Of a DNA stretch of 64,000 nt, positions 44,965 to 54,439 are shown piece by piece. A program made the translations under genes and the position numbers. The stretch spans positions 2,935 through 66,934 of the forward strand of contig JAFZDO010000001.1 of assembly GCA_017561145.1 (NCBI GenBank). Direction: 5' to 3'. The stretch is from Clostridia bacterium (GTDB lineage Bacteria; Bacillota; Clostridia; Oscillospirales; CAG-382). The first letter of the stretch is position 1. The number at the start of each line of letters is the position of its first letter. The notes under the pieces are model-generated. The model saw only the letters and a list, made by a program, of their open reading frames with translations, had not been told where the DNA came from and did not search any database.

Positions 44965-44999
44965 AAAACAAACCTCACTTTATGTGGGGTTTGTTTTTT
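44965..44999 (+). terminator. terminator hairpin after tRNA-Glu
   Basis: AAACAAACCTCAC-TTTAT-GTGGGGTTTGTTT plus a T-run. Confidence 0.7.
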
Positions 45000-45011
45000 G
45001 TCTTGCAAATT

Positions 45012-45149
45012 GGGAGTCGAAGGGCGCGTGTTGAATGACAGTCCGGGGGACTGTCAGACCGCGCCACCGCTCCGCCCCGGGGTCCCCGAAAATGAACGAA
45101 GTGAGTTTTTGGGGTGGACGTAGGCGGGCGACTCCCCTACGGGTCACCA
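45012..45149 (+). repeat. tRNA-3'-end-terminated structured element, Glu-type
   Basis: 138 nt. The last 21 nt (45129-45149, CGACTCCCCTACGGGTCACCA) are identical to tRNA-Glu 44941-44961. The 5' GGGAGTCG (45012-19) pairs with CGACTCCC (45129-36). It shares the core TCGAAGGGCG and the hairpin ACAGTCC-GGG-GGACTGT with the Ser-type element. Confidence 0.8.
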
Positions 45150-45150
45150 G

Positions 45151-45187
45151 AAAACAAACCTCACTTTATGTGGGGTTTGTTTTTTGT
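45151..45187 (+). terminator. second copy of the tRNA-Glu terminator hairpin
   Basis: Nearly identical to 44962-44999. Confidence 0.65.
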
Positions 45188-45192
45188 ATAAC

Positions 45193-45227
45193 AAAAAAAC
45201 AGACGGTTTCCCGTCTGTTTTGTTTTT
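45193..45227 (-). terminator. terminator for the convergent membrane-protein gene
   Basis: CAGACGG-TTTC-CCGTCTG flanked by A- and T-runs. Confidence 0.6.
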
Positions 45228-45231
45228 AATA

Positions 45232-45963
45232 TTAAAGACCTTTTGCTCTGAGCTTTCTGTCCTTGTTGTCCTGAATCTTGCCGTATACAGCGTAGCCGAT
45301 ATACATACCGAGAATGCAAAGAGGACCAACGGTGGTATAGAAGTTGAGAGTAAGCATGGTGGAAAGGTAGTCAAGGAGAACGATAACACAATTTACGATC
45401 ACTGCAAAGATAACGCCGGACAAGATCTTGAAGATCTTGGAAGAAACGTTTTCGTGGTTTTCCCAAGTGAGGATCATAAGGTTGCCTGCGAATGCAAGGA
45501 TGATGAAGAACAGGATGTACGAGAAGTAGCCGAAGAGCATTTCAGCAGGCTTTTCGCTGAACGCCTGAGGAAGTGTCATCTTATATTCAACAGAGTTGAT
45601 CGAAGGATATTCAGCGGTTTTGGAATCGGGCGATGCATTGAGGTTGGGGATCATATCGAGAACGAGGTAGGAGCCGACAACCAAAACGATGAAAAGCAAC
45701 ACGAGAAGAGTACGTACAAAGCCTTGGATCTTAACTGCTTTTCTCTTGACCGCCTTGTAGATGATAGAAGGAATAGCAAGGACCAACGCCAAGCCGAAAG
45801 CGATTCCAACGTATTTTGCAGCAACACCGAAGAGGTAGCCGATTTCAATAGCGGATTCGGTATTCAAAACAACGAATATAGCAATCAAAGCAATTACTGC
45901 TGCTAAAATCAATATAAGTTTTATATGCTTGCGCAAACTCGATATTACATTAGACATGATCAA
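45232..45963 (-). CDS. hypothetical polytopic membrane protein
   Basis: 243 aa with about 6 hydrophobic helices. No family recognised. Confidence 0.5.
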   Translation of the reverse strand: MIMSNVISSLRKHIKLILILAAVIALIAIFVVLNTESAIEIGYLFGVAAKYVGIAFGLALVLAIPSIIYKAVKRKAVKIQGFVRTLLVLLFIVLVVGSYLVLDMIPNLNASPDSKTAEYPSINSVEYKMTLPQAFSEKPAEMLFGYFSYILFFIILAFAGNLMILTWENHENVSSKIFKILSGVIFAVIVNCVIVLLDYLSTMLTLNFYTTVGPLCILGMYIGYAVYGKIQDNKDRKLRAKGL

Positions 45964-46053
45964 AAAACACTCCTTGCACGATTATGGAATTAGTTAATAT
46001 TAATATACCACAGTATTTTCTCAATGTCAAGTTTTTTGTTGAACAATAAGAAC

Positions 46054-46086
46054 AAAAAGAACCCTCCGACAAGAAGGTCGGAGGGT
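46054..46086 (-). terminator. intrinsic terminator after argF
   Basis: 10-bp stem ACCCTCCGAC / GTCGGAGGGT, with a U-run on the minus strand. Confidence 0.7.
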
Positions 46087-46093
46087 GTTTTTC

Positions 46094-47083
46094 TTAAAGC
46101 GTTGCCGCCATTACTGCTTTAATGGTGTGCATTCTGTTTTCGGCTTCGTCAAATACGATAGAACGGTCGCTTTCGATGACCTCGTCGGTCACCTCCATAC
46201 AGTCGATACCGAATTTTTCGTAAATATCTCTGCCGACAACGGTGCCGAGGTCGTGGAATGCGGGGAGGCAGTGCATAAATCTGCATTGCTCGCCTGCGTT
46301 GTTCATCAATTCCATCGTCACGCGGTAGGGCGTAAGCTCGCGGATGCGTTCTGCCCAAACGTCGGCAGGCTCGCCCATCGAAACCCAAACGTCGGTATAG
46401 ATAACGTCGGCGTTTTTGGTAGCCTCGATCGGGTCCTCGATAAATTCAAGAACGGCGCCCGTTTCCTTTGCAATGCTTTGGCATTCGGCGATAAGAGCAT
46501 CGTTCGGGAAATATTTTTTCGGTGCGCAGGCAACGAAATGCATACCCATTTTTGCACAGCCGACCATAAGCGAATTACCCATGTTGTATCTCGCGTCGCC
46601 CATATAAACCAATTTTTTTCCCTTAAGCGAGCCGAAATGCTCGATTACAGTCAAAAAGTCTGCAAGTATCTGGGTGGGGTGGAATTCGTTTGTCAAGCCG
46701 TTCCAAACGGGAACGCCCGCGAATTTTGCAAGGTCCTCGACGATACCCTGACCGAAGCCGCGGTATTCGATGCCGTCAAACATTCTGCCAAGCACTCTCG
46801 CCGTATCGGCAATGCTTTCCTTTTTGCCCATCTGCGAGCCGGTGGGGCCGAGATAAACGGGATGCATACCAAGATCTGCCGCCGCAACCTCAAAGGCGCA
46901 ACGGGTTCTCGTGCTGTCCTTTTCGAAAAGCAAAACGATGTTTTTGCCCTCGCAAAGCTTGTGAGGGATACCTGCCTTCTTTTTCGCCTTCAATTCAAGC
47001 GAAAGGTCGATAAGACCCTGTATTTCTTCGGGTGTGAAATCAAGAAGCTTTAAGAAGCTTCTGCCCTTTAAATTCAAAGACAT
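46094..47083 (-). CDS. argF: ornithine carbamoyltransferase
   Basis: Motifs [13 protein letters not shown] and HCLPAFH. The ATG at 47083 follows AAAGGAGA; the track start at 47110 has no RBS. Confidence 0.9.
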   Translation of the reverse strand: MSLNLKGRSFLKLLDFTPEEIQGLIDLSLELKAKKKAGIPHKLCEGKNIVLLFEKDSTRTRCAFEVAAADLGMHPVYLGPTGSQMGKKESIADTARVLGRMFDGIEYRGFGQGIVEDLAKFAGVPVWNGLTNEFHPTQILADFLTVIEHFGSLKGKKLVYMGDARYNMGNSLMVGCAKMGMHFVACAPKKYFPNDALIAECQSIAKETGAVLEFIEDPIEATKNADVIYTDVWVSMGEPADVWAERIRELTPYRVTMELMNNAGEQCRFMHCLPAFHDLGTVVGRDIYEKFGIDCMEVTDEVIESDRSIVFDEAENRMHTIKAVMAATL

Positions 47084-47110
47084 AATAATTCTCCTTTGAA
47101 AATATTGCAA

Positions 47111-47857
47111 TTAAAGCACCTTTGCAAGGAAATTTTGGAGTCTTTCGCACTTGGGAGCGCCGAAAAGCTCCTCGGGAGCGCCCTCCTCGGCGATAACGCC
47201 GTCATCGAGGAAGACAACGCGGTTTGAAACCTCGCGTGCAAAGCCCATCTCGTGGGTAACGACAACCATCGTCATGCCCTCGCTTGCAAGCTCACGCATA
47301 ACGTCCAAAACCTCGCCGACCATTTCGGGGTCGAGCGCGCTCGTCGGCTCGTCGAAAAGCATAACGTCGGGCTCCATACAAAGTGCGCGAACGATCGCAA
47401 CACGTTGCTTTTGTCCGCCCGAAAGCTGATTGGGATAGGAGCTTGCACGGTCTGCAAGGCCGACACGCGCAAGAAGCGACATTGCCTTTTCCTCGGCTTG
47501 CTCCTTGGGCACCTTTTTAAGCATTATCGGTGCGCAGGTGAGGTTTTCGAGTATCGTCATGTGAGGGAAAAGGTTGAACTGCTGGAAGACCATTCCCATC
47601 TTCTGACGGTGGAGATTGAGGTCGGTCTTTTTATCGGTGAGGTCGTTATTTTCAAAGAAAATACTGCCGCCCGTAGGAACCTCGAGCATATTGAGGCAGC
47701 GCAGGAAGGTCGATTTGCCCGAGCCCGATGCGCCGATAACGCAAACGACGTCGCCCTTATTAATATCGATGCTGACGCCCTTTAATACCTCGTTCTTCTG
47801 GAAGGTCTTTTTAAGGTCCTTTACGCTGATGATAGCGTTATTCATATTATCTGCCAT
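47111..47857 (-). CDS. polar amino-acid ABC transporter ATP-binding protein
   Basis: Walker [10 protein letters not shown], signature LSGGQKQR, Walker [12 protein letters not shown]. Confidence 0.88.
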   Translation of the reverse strand: MADNMNNAIISVKDLKKTFQKNEVLKGVSIDINKGDVVCVIGASGSGKSTFLRCLNMLEVPTGGSIFFENNDLTDKKTDLNLHRQKMGMVFQQFNLFPHMTILENLTCAPIMLKKVPKEQAEEKAMSLLARVGLADRASSYPNQLSGGQKQRVAIVRALCMEPDVMLFDEPTSALDPEMVGEVLDVMRELASEGMTMVVVTHEMGFAREVSNRVVFLDDGVIAEEGAPEELFGAPKCERLQNFLAKVL

Positions 47858-48536
47858 CGCTCTTACGCAACCTCCTTTCGAAGACGTTCAAAAGCTTTGT
47901 CATAATTACAACGAGTGCAAGGTAAACAAGCGCGAGAAGAATTAAAGGATTTACCGCGTCGTTTGTGTTTGTACGTATAAGGTTAGCCGCACGGGTAAGG
48001 TCGACGACCGTAACGTAACCTGCAACCGAGGTTTCCTTTAAAAGTGCGATACATTCGTTACCGATAGCGGGAAGGATGTTCTTTATCGCCTGAGGGAAGA
48101 TTATCTTCTTCATCGCCTGTCCCTTGGACATACCCAAGCTTCTCGCCGCTTCCATCTGTCCCTTATCGACAGCGTTAAGACCGCTTCTTATAAGCTCTGC
48201 CATATATGCACCCGAGTTTATACCGAATGCAATTATTGCGGTCATTATACCCGTTGTATCCGAAACGAAGATGATGAAATAGAATATCATCAAAAGAACG
48301 GTAACGGGAATACCGCGGATCGCGGTCGTGTAAATATCGCAAACGATATTCACGATTCTCAATTTTTTATTATCTTCGGCGTAATACTTTGCGATCGCAA
48401 TAACCGAGCCGATGACGATACCGATCAAAAGAGCGCATACGGTAATTAAAAGTGTGTTTCCAAAACCTTTTACGATCATCATATAGTTGTCGTCAACTAT
48501 AAAGGTTTTGTAAAGTTTATCAAGCCAAGCGTTCAT
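47847..48536 (-). CDS. polar amino-acid ABC transporter permease
   Basis: HisM/GlnP-type permease with the EAA-like loop [22 protein letters not shown]. The ATG at 48536 (MNAWLDK) is preferred. Confidence 0.85.
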   Translation of the reverse strand: MNAWLDKLYKTFIVDDNYMMIVKGFGNTLLITVCALLIGIVIGSVIAIAKYYAEDNKKLRIVNIVCDIYTTAIRGIPVTVLLMIFYFIIFVSDTTGIMTAIIAFGINSGAYMAELIRSGLNAVDKGQMEAARSLGMSKGQAMKKIIFPQAIKNILPAIGNECIALLKETSVAGYVTVVDLTRAANLIRTNTNDAVNPLILLALVYLALVVIMTKLLNVFERRLRKSDGR

Positions 48537-48602
48537 TAGTTTTCCTTTCAAAAAGAATTTTAGAGGTTGCTTATTCCGCAACCTCTAAAATGGTTTTAGA
48601 AA

Positions 48603-49370
48603 TCATTCGGGTTTGGTGTAGGGTGCTTCGTATTTGTCGAAAATGGATTTTACGGTGCCGTCAGCAATGAGCTCGTCGATGATCTTGTTGATTTCTTCAA
48701 CGAGGTCCTCGGAGCCGAATGCGAATGCGAATGCATAGGGTTCGGTGGTCATAGCCTCGTCAAGGATCTTAACGCTGTCGTCGCCCTTGCACATTTCAGC
48801 TGCGGTAAGGTCGTCAACTACCCAAGCTTCTACCTTGCCCTGAGTAAGAGCGAGCTTTGCATCCTGATTTGCTTCGAACTGGCTGAGGGTATAGCCCTGA
48901 CCGCTACAGAATTCAGCCGCGGTGGTACCGGTCTGTACTGCGATCTTCTTGCCTTCGAGGTCTGCCTTGGAAGCGATTGCGCTGTCAGCCTTAACTACGA
49001 TGCACTGTGCTGCCAAGCAATATTCCTTGGTGAAAAGGGTGTTTTCCTTACGCTTGTCGGTAACAGAAATACCGGACATACCGCAATCGTACTTGCCGGT
49101 CTGAACGCCGGTAAGAACTGCGTCGAAGTTGATCTGCTCGTAAACGGGAGTAACGCCGAGCTTTTCGCAAACGATAGCCATGAGGTCGACTTCGATACCT
49201 ACGATCTTGTCGCCTTCGAGGTTTTCAAAGGGAGGAAAGTCGGGGCTGGTAGCGATAACGAGCTCGCCTGCTTCTTTAACTTCTGCAAGAGTCTTGCCGC
49301 TGGTGCCGCATGCGGTGAAGCATACGGAAACGAATACGATAGTAAGTAAGAGTGCTAAAATCTTTTTCAT
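48603..49370 (-). CDS. amino-acid ABC transporter substrate-binding lipoprotein
   Basis: Signal and lipobox MKKILALLLTIVFVSVCFTAC. It is a family-3 SBP (GIEVDL.., GMSGISVT). Confidence 0.85.
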   Translation of the reverse strand: MKKILALLLTIVFVSVCFTACGTSGKTLAEVKEAGELVIATSPDFPPFENLEGDKIVGIEVDLMAIVCEKLGVTPVYEQINFDAVLTGVQTGKYDCGMSGISVTDKRKENTLFTKEYCLAAQCIVVKADSAIASKADLEGKKIAVQTGTTAAEFCSGQGYTLSQFEANQDAKLALTQGKVEAWVVDDLTAAEMCKGDDSVKILDEAMTTEPYAFAFAFGSEDLVEEINKIIDELIADGTVKSIFDKYEAPYTKPE

Positions 49371-49398
49371 TTTCTTTTTTTCCTTTCAAATATGTAAA

Positions 49399-50775
49399 TT
49401 ATTTATTTAATTCTTTTTCAATAAATTCTATTTGCGCATCGGCAGATGCCTGACTCGTGCCGCCGAGTGAGATGCGCTTTGCAACGCAGGTCTGAAGCGA
49501 GATTTCCTCGTAAACGTCGGAATCGAAAAGCTCGCTGTAGGTTTTATACTCGTCGAGCGTTACCTCTTCAAGCACTATTCTTCGCTTTATGCATTCCGAA
49601 ACGAGCGTTCCCGAAATTTTGTAAGCCGTTCTGAACGGCATACCCTTTTTAACAAGGTAATCGGCAAGGTCGGTTGCGTTGATAAAGCCTTCCTGCGCGG
49701 CGCGGAGCATATTTTCCTTGTTGACGGACATCGTTTCGATCATCGGTGCCATAACCGAAAGGCACATTTTGATCGTATCGACGGCATCGAAGACGCCCTC
49801 CTTGTCCTCCTGCATATCCTTGTTGTATGCAAGCGGAAGTCCCTTAAGAACGGTCAGTATTCCCATAAGGTCGCCGTATACTCTGCCGGTTTTGCCTCTT
49901 ATTAGCTCTGCCATATCCGAATTCTTCTTTTGAGGCATTATGCTCGAGCCGGTCGTGAAGGCATCAGACAATTCTACGAACTTGAATTCCCAGCTCGTCC
50001 AAAGGATGATCTCCTCGGAAAGACGGGAAAGATGCATCATCGTAATTGCACAGCAGTTGACGAATTCAACGCAGAAATCACGGTCGGAAACGCCGTCGAT
50101 GCTGTTCATACAAACGCCGTCGAAGCCTAATTTTTCCGCTTCGAAATATCTGTCGGTGTCATAGGTCGTGCCTGCAAGTGCGCAGGAGCCGATGGGCGAA
50201 ATATTCATTCGCTTGCTCATATCGCAAAATCTGTCGATATCGCGAAGGAGCATCATACAGTAAGCAAACAGATGATGCGCAAAGGTTATCGGTTGGGCAC
50301 GCTGAAGGTGGGTGTAGCCCGGCATTATCGCGTCTTTATTCTCTTTTGCTGTCTTTAAAAGCGCGTTAACGACCGCCTTTATGAGCGAAACGACGGTTTC
50401 GGTCTCCTCGCGCAGGTACATTCGAAGATCGAGCGCGACCTGGTCGTTTCGGCTTCTTGCCGTGTGAAGCTTTTTGCCGACCTCACCGATACGCTCGGTA
50501 AGAAGCTGCTCGACGAACATATGAATGTCCTCGCATTCAAGGTCGATAATCACCTTGCCCGATTCGATATCGTTTAACAGTTCTTCAAGTCCTGCGATAA
50601 GAGCATCCGCCTCATCCGAGGTAATAATGCCCTTCGCGCCAAGCATTGCGGCGTGTGCCATACTGCCCGTGATGTCCTGACGGTACATTCTCGAATCGAA
50701 GCTTATCGAGGAATTGAAATCGTCGGCAAGCTTATCGGTCGCTCCGGCGGTTCTGCCCGCCCACATTTTTGCCAT
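49399..50775 (-). CDS. argH: argininosuccinate lyase
   Basis: 458 aa with the fumarate-lyase signature GSSIMPQKKNSD. The N-terminus is MWAGR...SFDSRM. Confidence 0.92.
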   Translation of the reverse strand: MAKMWAGRTAGATDKLADDFNSSISFDSRMYRQDITGSMAHAAMLGAKGIITSDEADALIAGLEELLNDIESGKVIIDLECEDIHMFVEQLLTERIGEVGKKLHTARSRNDQVALDLRMYLREETETVVSLIKAVVNALLKTAKENKDAIMPGYTHLQRAQPITFAHHLFAYCMMLLRDIDRFCDMSKRMNISPIGSCALAGTTYDTDRYFEAEKLGFDGVCMNSIDGVSDRDFCVEFVNCCAITMMHLSRLSEEIILWTSWEFKFVELSDAFTTGSSIMPQKKNSDMAELIRGKTGRVYGDLMGILTVLKGLPLAYNKDMQEDKEGVFDAVDTIKMCLSVMAPMIETMSVNKENMLRAAQEGFINATDLADYLVKKGMPFRTAYKISGTLVSECIKRRIVLEEVTLDEYKTYSELFDSDVYEEISLQTCVAKRISLGGTSQASADAQIEFIEKELNK

Positions 50776-50797
50776 TACAGTTCTCCGTGAAAGTTTA

Positions 50798-52018
50798 TTA
50801 AAGCTTACCCTGCTCGCGAAGCGCCTGAACCTTGGTGGGAAGACCCCAGAGATTGATAAAGCCTTCAGCCTGCTTCTGGTCGTAGTCGCTTTCGTCGAAG
50901 GTAACGAGGTTTTCGGAATAGAGGGAATAAGGCGAAACCGTACCCGCGGGGATGATGTTGCCCTTATAAAGCTTGAGCTTTACGGTACCGGTAACGAACT
51001 TGTTGCTTTCGTTAGCGAACGCGGTAAGAGCCTCCTGCAAGGGGGAGTACCATTTGCCGTTGTAAATAAGGTCTGCGTAATCAACCGCAAGCTTCTGCTT
51101 AACGTGGAGAGTATCCTTATCAACGGTAAGCATTTCGAGCATTTCGTGTGCGAAGTAAAGAATAGTTCCGCCGGGAGTTTCATACACGCCGCGGTCCTTC
51201 ATACCTACAAGACGGTTTTCAACGATGTCGATGATACCGATACCGTTTGCGCCGCCAACCTTGTTAAGCTCTGCGATGATCTTCGATGCCTTCATCTTTT
51301 CGCCGTTGAATGCAACGGGAGCGCCTGCTTCGAAATCGATGGAGATGTAAGTAGGCTCGTCGGGTGCCATCATAGGCGAAACGCCCATTTCAAGGAAGCC
51401 GGGCTTATCGTACATAGGCTCGTTTGCGGGATCTTCAAGGTCAAGACCCTCGTGGCTCAAGTGCCAGAGGTTTTTATCCTTGGAATAGTTGGTTTCGCGG
51501 CTGATCTTCAAGGGAACGTTATGCGCTTCTGCATAATCGATCTCTTCATCACGCGATTTGATGTCCCATTCTCTCCAGGGAGCGATGATCTTCATTTCGG
51601 GAGCGAAGCGCTTGATAGCGAGCTCAAAGCGGACCTGGTCGTTACCCTTACCGGTCGCGCCGTGGCAGATAGCGTCTGCGCCTTCGGCAAGTGCGATCTC
51701 GGCAAGTGCTTTACCGATAACGGGACGTGCGAAAGCGGTACCGAGAAGGTAGGTTTCATACTTTGCATCCATCTTGAGTGCGGGGATGATGATCTCATCA
51801 ACCATTTCATCAACAAGGTCTGCAACGATAAGCTTGCTTGCACCTGTTTTGATCGCCTTTTCTTCAAGGCCTTCAAGCTCGTCAGCCTGACCGACGTTGC
51901 CTGCAACCGCGATGATTTCGGGGTTATTATAATTTTCCTTAAGCCAAGGAATGATTATCGAAGTGTCGAGACCGCCCGAATAGGCGAGAACTATTTTTTT
52001 GATGTTTTCTTTGCTCAT
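50798..52018 (-). CDS. argG: argininosuccinate synthase
   Basis: 406 aa with the N-type ATP pyrophosphatase motif [11 protein letters not shown], plus [13 protein letters not shown]. Confidence 0.93.
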   Translation of the reverse strand: MSKENIKKIVLAYSGGLDTSIIIPWLKENYNNPEIIAVAGNVGQADELEGLEEKAIKTGASKLIVADLVDEMVDEIIIPALKMDAKYETYLLGTAFARPVIGKALAEIALAEGADAICHGATGKGNDQVRFELAIKRFAPEMKIIAPWREWDIKSRDEEIDYAEAHNVPLKISRETNYSKDKNLWHLSHEGLDLEDPANEPMYDKPGFLEMGVSPMMAPDEPTYISIDFEAGAPVAFNGEKMKASKIIAELNKVGGANGIGIIDIVENRLVGMKDRGVYETPGGTILYFAHEMLEMLTVDKDTLHVKQKLAVDYADLIYNGKWYSPLQEALTAFANESNKFVTGTVKLKLYKGNIIPAGTVSPYSLYSENLVTFDESDYDQKQAEGFINLWGLPTKVQALREQGKL

Positions 52019-52056
52019 TTTCTTTTCCTCTGTTTTTCAAACATTTTGCAAGCGTA

Positions 52057-52085
52057 ATTATAAACCTCAAAAATGCAATTGTCAA
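52057..52085 (-). promoter_or_regulatory. sigma-A promoter of the arg operon
   Basis: On the minus strand: TTGACA (52085-52080), a 17-nt spacer, then TATAAT (52062-52057). Confidence 0.6.
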
Positions 52086-52200
52086 TAGAAAAATGCAAAA
52101 TTATTCACTTTTTTATTGTTTTTTTGCATTTCGATGCATATTTATTTGAATATCTTGCATATTTATGCATAATATTCGCTTTTCCTGCATATTTTCGTCT
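52086..52200 (-). promoter_or_regulatory. cluster of ARG-box-like operators (ArgR/AhrC-type)
   Basis: Read on the minus strand, 4-5 AT-rich imperfect palindromes of the form TGAAT/TGCAT-N4-6-ATTCA/ATGCA. Examples are GTGAATAATTTTGCAT, ATATTCAAATAAATATGCAT and ATGCATAAATATGCAA. They lie immediately upstream of and abutting the -35 element. Confidence 0.5.
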
Positions 52201-52245
52201 TTTAAAAAGCAAAATGGCGCAAACTTTTACGTCGCGCCTTTTGTT

Positions 52246-52923
52246 TTAAAGCTTTTCTAAAGCGGTTTTTAACGCCTCCGCAGACAAAACGGGCTCTGTT
52301 CCGCATTCGTCATACAAGCGTTTCGGATCGGTATAACCGTAACCGATCGGGAGAAAATCGATATTTGCGTTTTTGGCAAGCTGCATATCCGCCATGCCGT
52401 CGCCGACTATCAGCGCCTCGTCGGGCGTGAAGCCGAAATCCGCAATTATCGAAAGGGCAACGTCGGGGCTCGGCTTGCGTTCGTTATCCGCTCTAACACC
52501 GCGGACGAGCGCAAAACGGTCGCCGAAATAATGCTTTATCATCGGGACTGCGTTTTTATCGTCCTTATTCGTAAGAACGACCGAGATTATTCCCTTTTCG
52601 TTAAGCCTGTCGACTATCTCGGCGATGCCGTCGTAGGGGACGGTCTGCTCAAGCATACGCTTTTCGTATTCTGCGCGGAAATGGGTACGCACCTCTTTGC
52701 AGAATTCGTCGTCACCGCCGTTTTGAAGCGCGCGGCGAATGAGCATCAGCGAGCCGTTGCCGATAAAGCTTTTCACCTCGTCGACGGTCCTTTGCGGATT
52801 GCCATAAAGCGCAAGGGCGTAATTCACCGCCGCCGCAAGATCGCATATCGTATCGAGAACAGTGCCGTCGAGGTCGAAAATAATTATTTTTTTATTTGAC
52901 TTCATTGTCGATAAAGTCTGCAA
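52246..52923 (-). CDS. HAD-family hydrolase (phosphoglycolate-phosphatase-like)
   Basis: Motif I is IIFDLDGTVLDT and motif IV is VGDGMADM. The start could be the ATG at 52905. Confidence 0.75.
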   Translation of the reverse strand: MQTLSTMKSNKKIIIFDLDGTVLDTICDLAAAVNYALALYGNPQRTVDEVKSFIGNGSLMLIRRALQNGGDDEFCKEVRTHFRAEYEKRMLEQTVPYDGIAEIVDRLNEKGIISVVLTNKDDKNAVPMIKHYFGDRFALVRGVRADNERKPSPDVALSIIADFGFTPDEALIVGDGMADMQLAKNANIDFLPIGYGYTDPKRLYDECGTEPVLSAEALKTALEKL

Positions 52924-53122
52924 CGTCCTTTACGGTGCGAAGACCGGTAGCGTCATCGGGAATGATGATGTCGAGCTCATCCTCGAGAGTCATAAGCATT
53001 TCAACGATATCAAGGCTGTCTGCGCCGAGATCCTCAACGATAGCTGCATCGTCTGCGATTTCGGAAACGTCCATACGAAGCTGCTTTGCTACAACTGCCT
53101 TTACTCTTTCGATCATTTGCAT
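52892..53122 (-). CDS. acpP: acyl carrier protein
   Basis: 76 aa with the phosphopantetheine-attachment motif LGADSLDIVE. Confidence 0.85.
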   Translation of the reverse strand: MQMIERVKAVVAKQLRMDVSEIADDAAIVEDLGADSLDIVEMLMTLEDELDIIIPDDATGLRTVKDVADFIDNEVK

Positions 53123-53349
53123 AATAATTTGTTCCTTTCTGTTTAAGAAAAATTAACCTTTACTTATTTTTACAATCCTATAATAATAGATAGTTATTAA
53201 AAAAACAAGTATGTTTTTAGTTTTTTTACAATTTATAGATTAAATGAATGTTAATTCGGTTGACGGAAAGAAAAAAATATGTTAAAATACACTGATTAAA
53301 TATATAATGTAGGAATATACCCAAAAACTAATTTTTTCGACGGTGGATT

Positions 53350-53829
53350 ATGCTTATATTGGGCATCGACCCGGGGCTGGCGACGATCGGCTTTGGGTTG
53401 GTTTTGAAAAGCGGCGATAAATACCGCGCAATTGAATACGGCGCGATAACCACCGCGCCCAAGCAGATGATCGAAAAGAGGCTTGAAGAAATTTACGACT
53501 CGATGGTCGAGCTTATTACCAAATGCAAGCCCGACTGTATGGTTATCGAGGAGATATTCTTTAACAACAACATCACCACCGCTATCGACGTGTCGATGGC
53601 AAGAGGCGTTATCTTGCTTGCGGCACAAAAATGCGGGATAGATATTTACGAATACACACCGCTGGAGGTAAAAAGCTCGGTCGTCGGTTACGGCAGAGCC
53701 GAAAAGCAGCAGGTTCAGTATATGGTCCGCTTGATGCTTAACCTTAACGAAACGCCGAAGCCCGACGACACCGCCGACGCGCTTGCGCTTGCGCTTTGCC
53801 ACGGCACAAGGATTACAAATTACCGATAA
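53350..53829 (+). CDS. ruvC: crossover junction endodeoxyribonuclease RuvC
   Basis: MLILGIDPGLATIGFG (catalytic Asp), VIEEIFF, and C-terminal DTADALALALCH. Confidence 0.9.
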   Translation: MLILGIDPGLATIGFGLVLKSGDKYRAIEYGAITTAPKQMIEKRLEEIYDSMVELITKCKPDCMVIEEIFFNNNITTAIDVSMARGVILLAAQKCGIDIYEYTPLEVKSSVVGYGRAEKQQVQYMVRLMLNLNETPKPDDTADALALALCHGTRITNYR

Positions 53830-53839
53830 GGAGAAGAAA

Positions 53840-54439
53840 ATGATACATTTTATACACGGAACTCTCGCTTCTCTTACAGCCGAATACGCCGTTATCGATT
53901 GCGGCGGAGTCGGATTTAAAATGGGAATATCGGCAACGACTGCACAAAAGCTTTCCGCAAAATCGGGAAAGGACGTGCTTTTATACACGTATATGGCGGT
54001 CAGCGAAGACAATATTGCGCTTTACGGTTTTTCGGAGGAGGACGAGCTTAACCTTTTCACAAGGCTTATCTCGGTTTCGGGCATCGGCCCCAAGGCGGGT
54101 ATTTCGATACTCGGCACCTTCTCGCCCGACGAGCTTCGCTCTGCCGTTGCAAGCGGTGACGCAAAAACCATTTCGCGCGCACCCGGTATCGGTCTTAAGA
54201 CAGCGCAAAAGCTTATTATCGAGCTTAAGGATAAAATAGCGGACGACGGTATGACGTTTACCGTTTCGGAAACGAATAAGGACCCCGAAAAGATAAGTCA
54301 GGTCATCGATACTCTTGCTCTTTACGGTTTTCCGCGCGCAAAGGTTGCGGATACCTTAAAGAAGCTCGATTCCTCGCTCCCGCTCGAGGAGCTTATTGCC
54401 CAGACCTTGCGAATTTTGGGAAAGGAGGCAGGACGATAA
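53840..54439 (+). CDS. ruvA: Holliday junction DNA helicase subunit RuvA
   Basis: The ATG at 53840 follows AAGGAGAAG. The sequence has MIHFIHGTL.., and HhH motifs ISVSGIGPKAGISIL and APGIGLKTAQKLI. Confidence 0.9.
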   Translation: MIHFIHGTLASLTAEYAVIDCGGVGFKMGISATTAQKLSAKSGKDVLLYTYMAVSEDNIALYGFSEEDELNLFTRLISVSGIGPKAGISILGTFSPDELRSAVASGDAKTISRAPGIGLKTAQKLIIELKDKIADDGMTFTVSETNKDPEKISQVIDTLALYGFPRAKVADTLKKLDSSLPLEELIAQTLRILGKEAGR

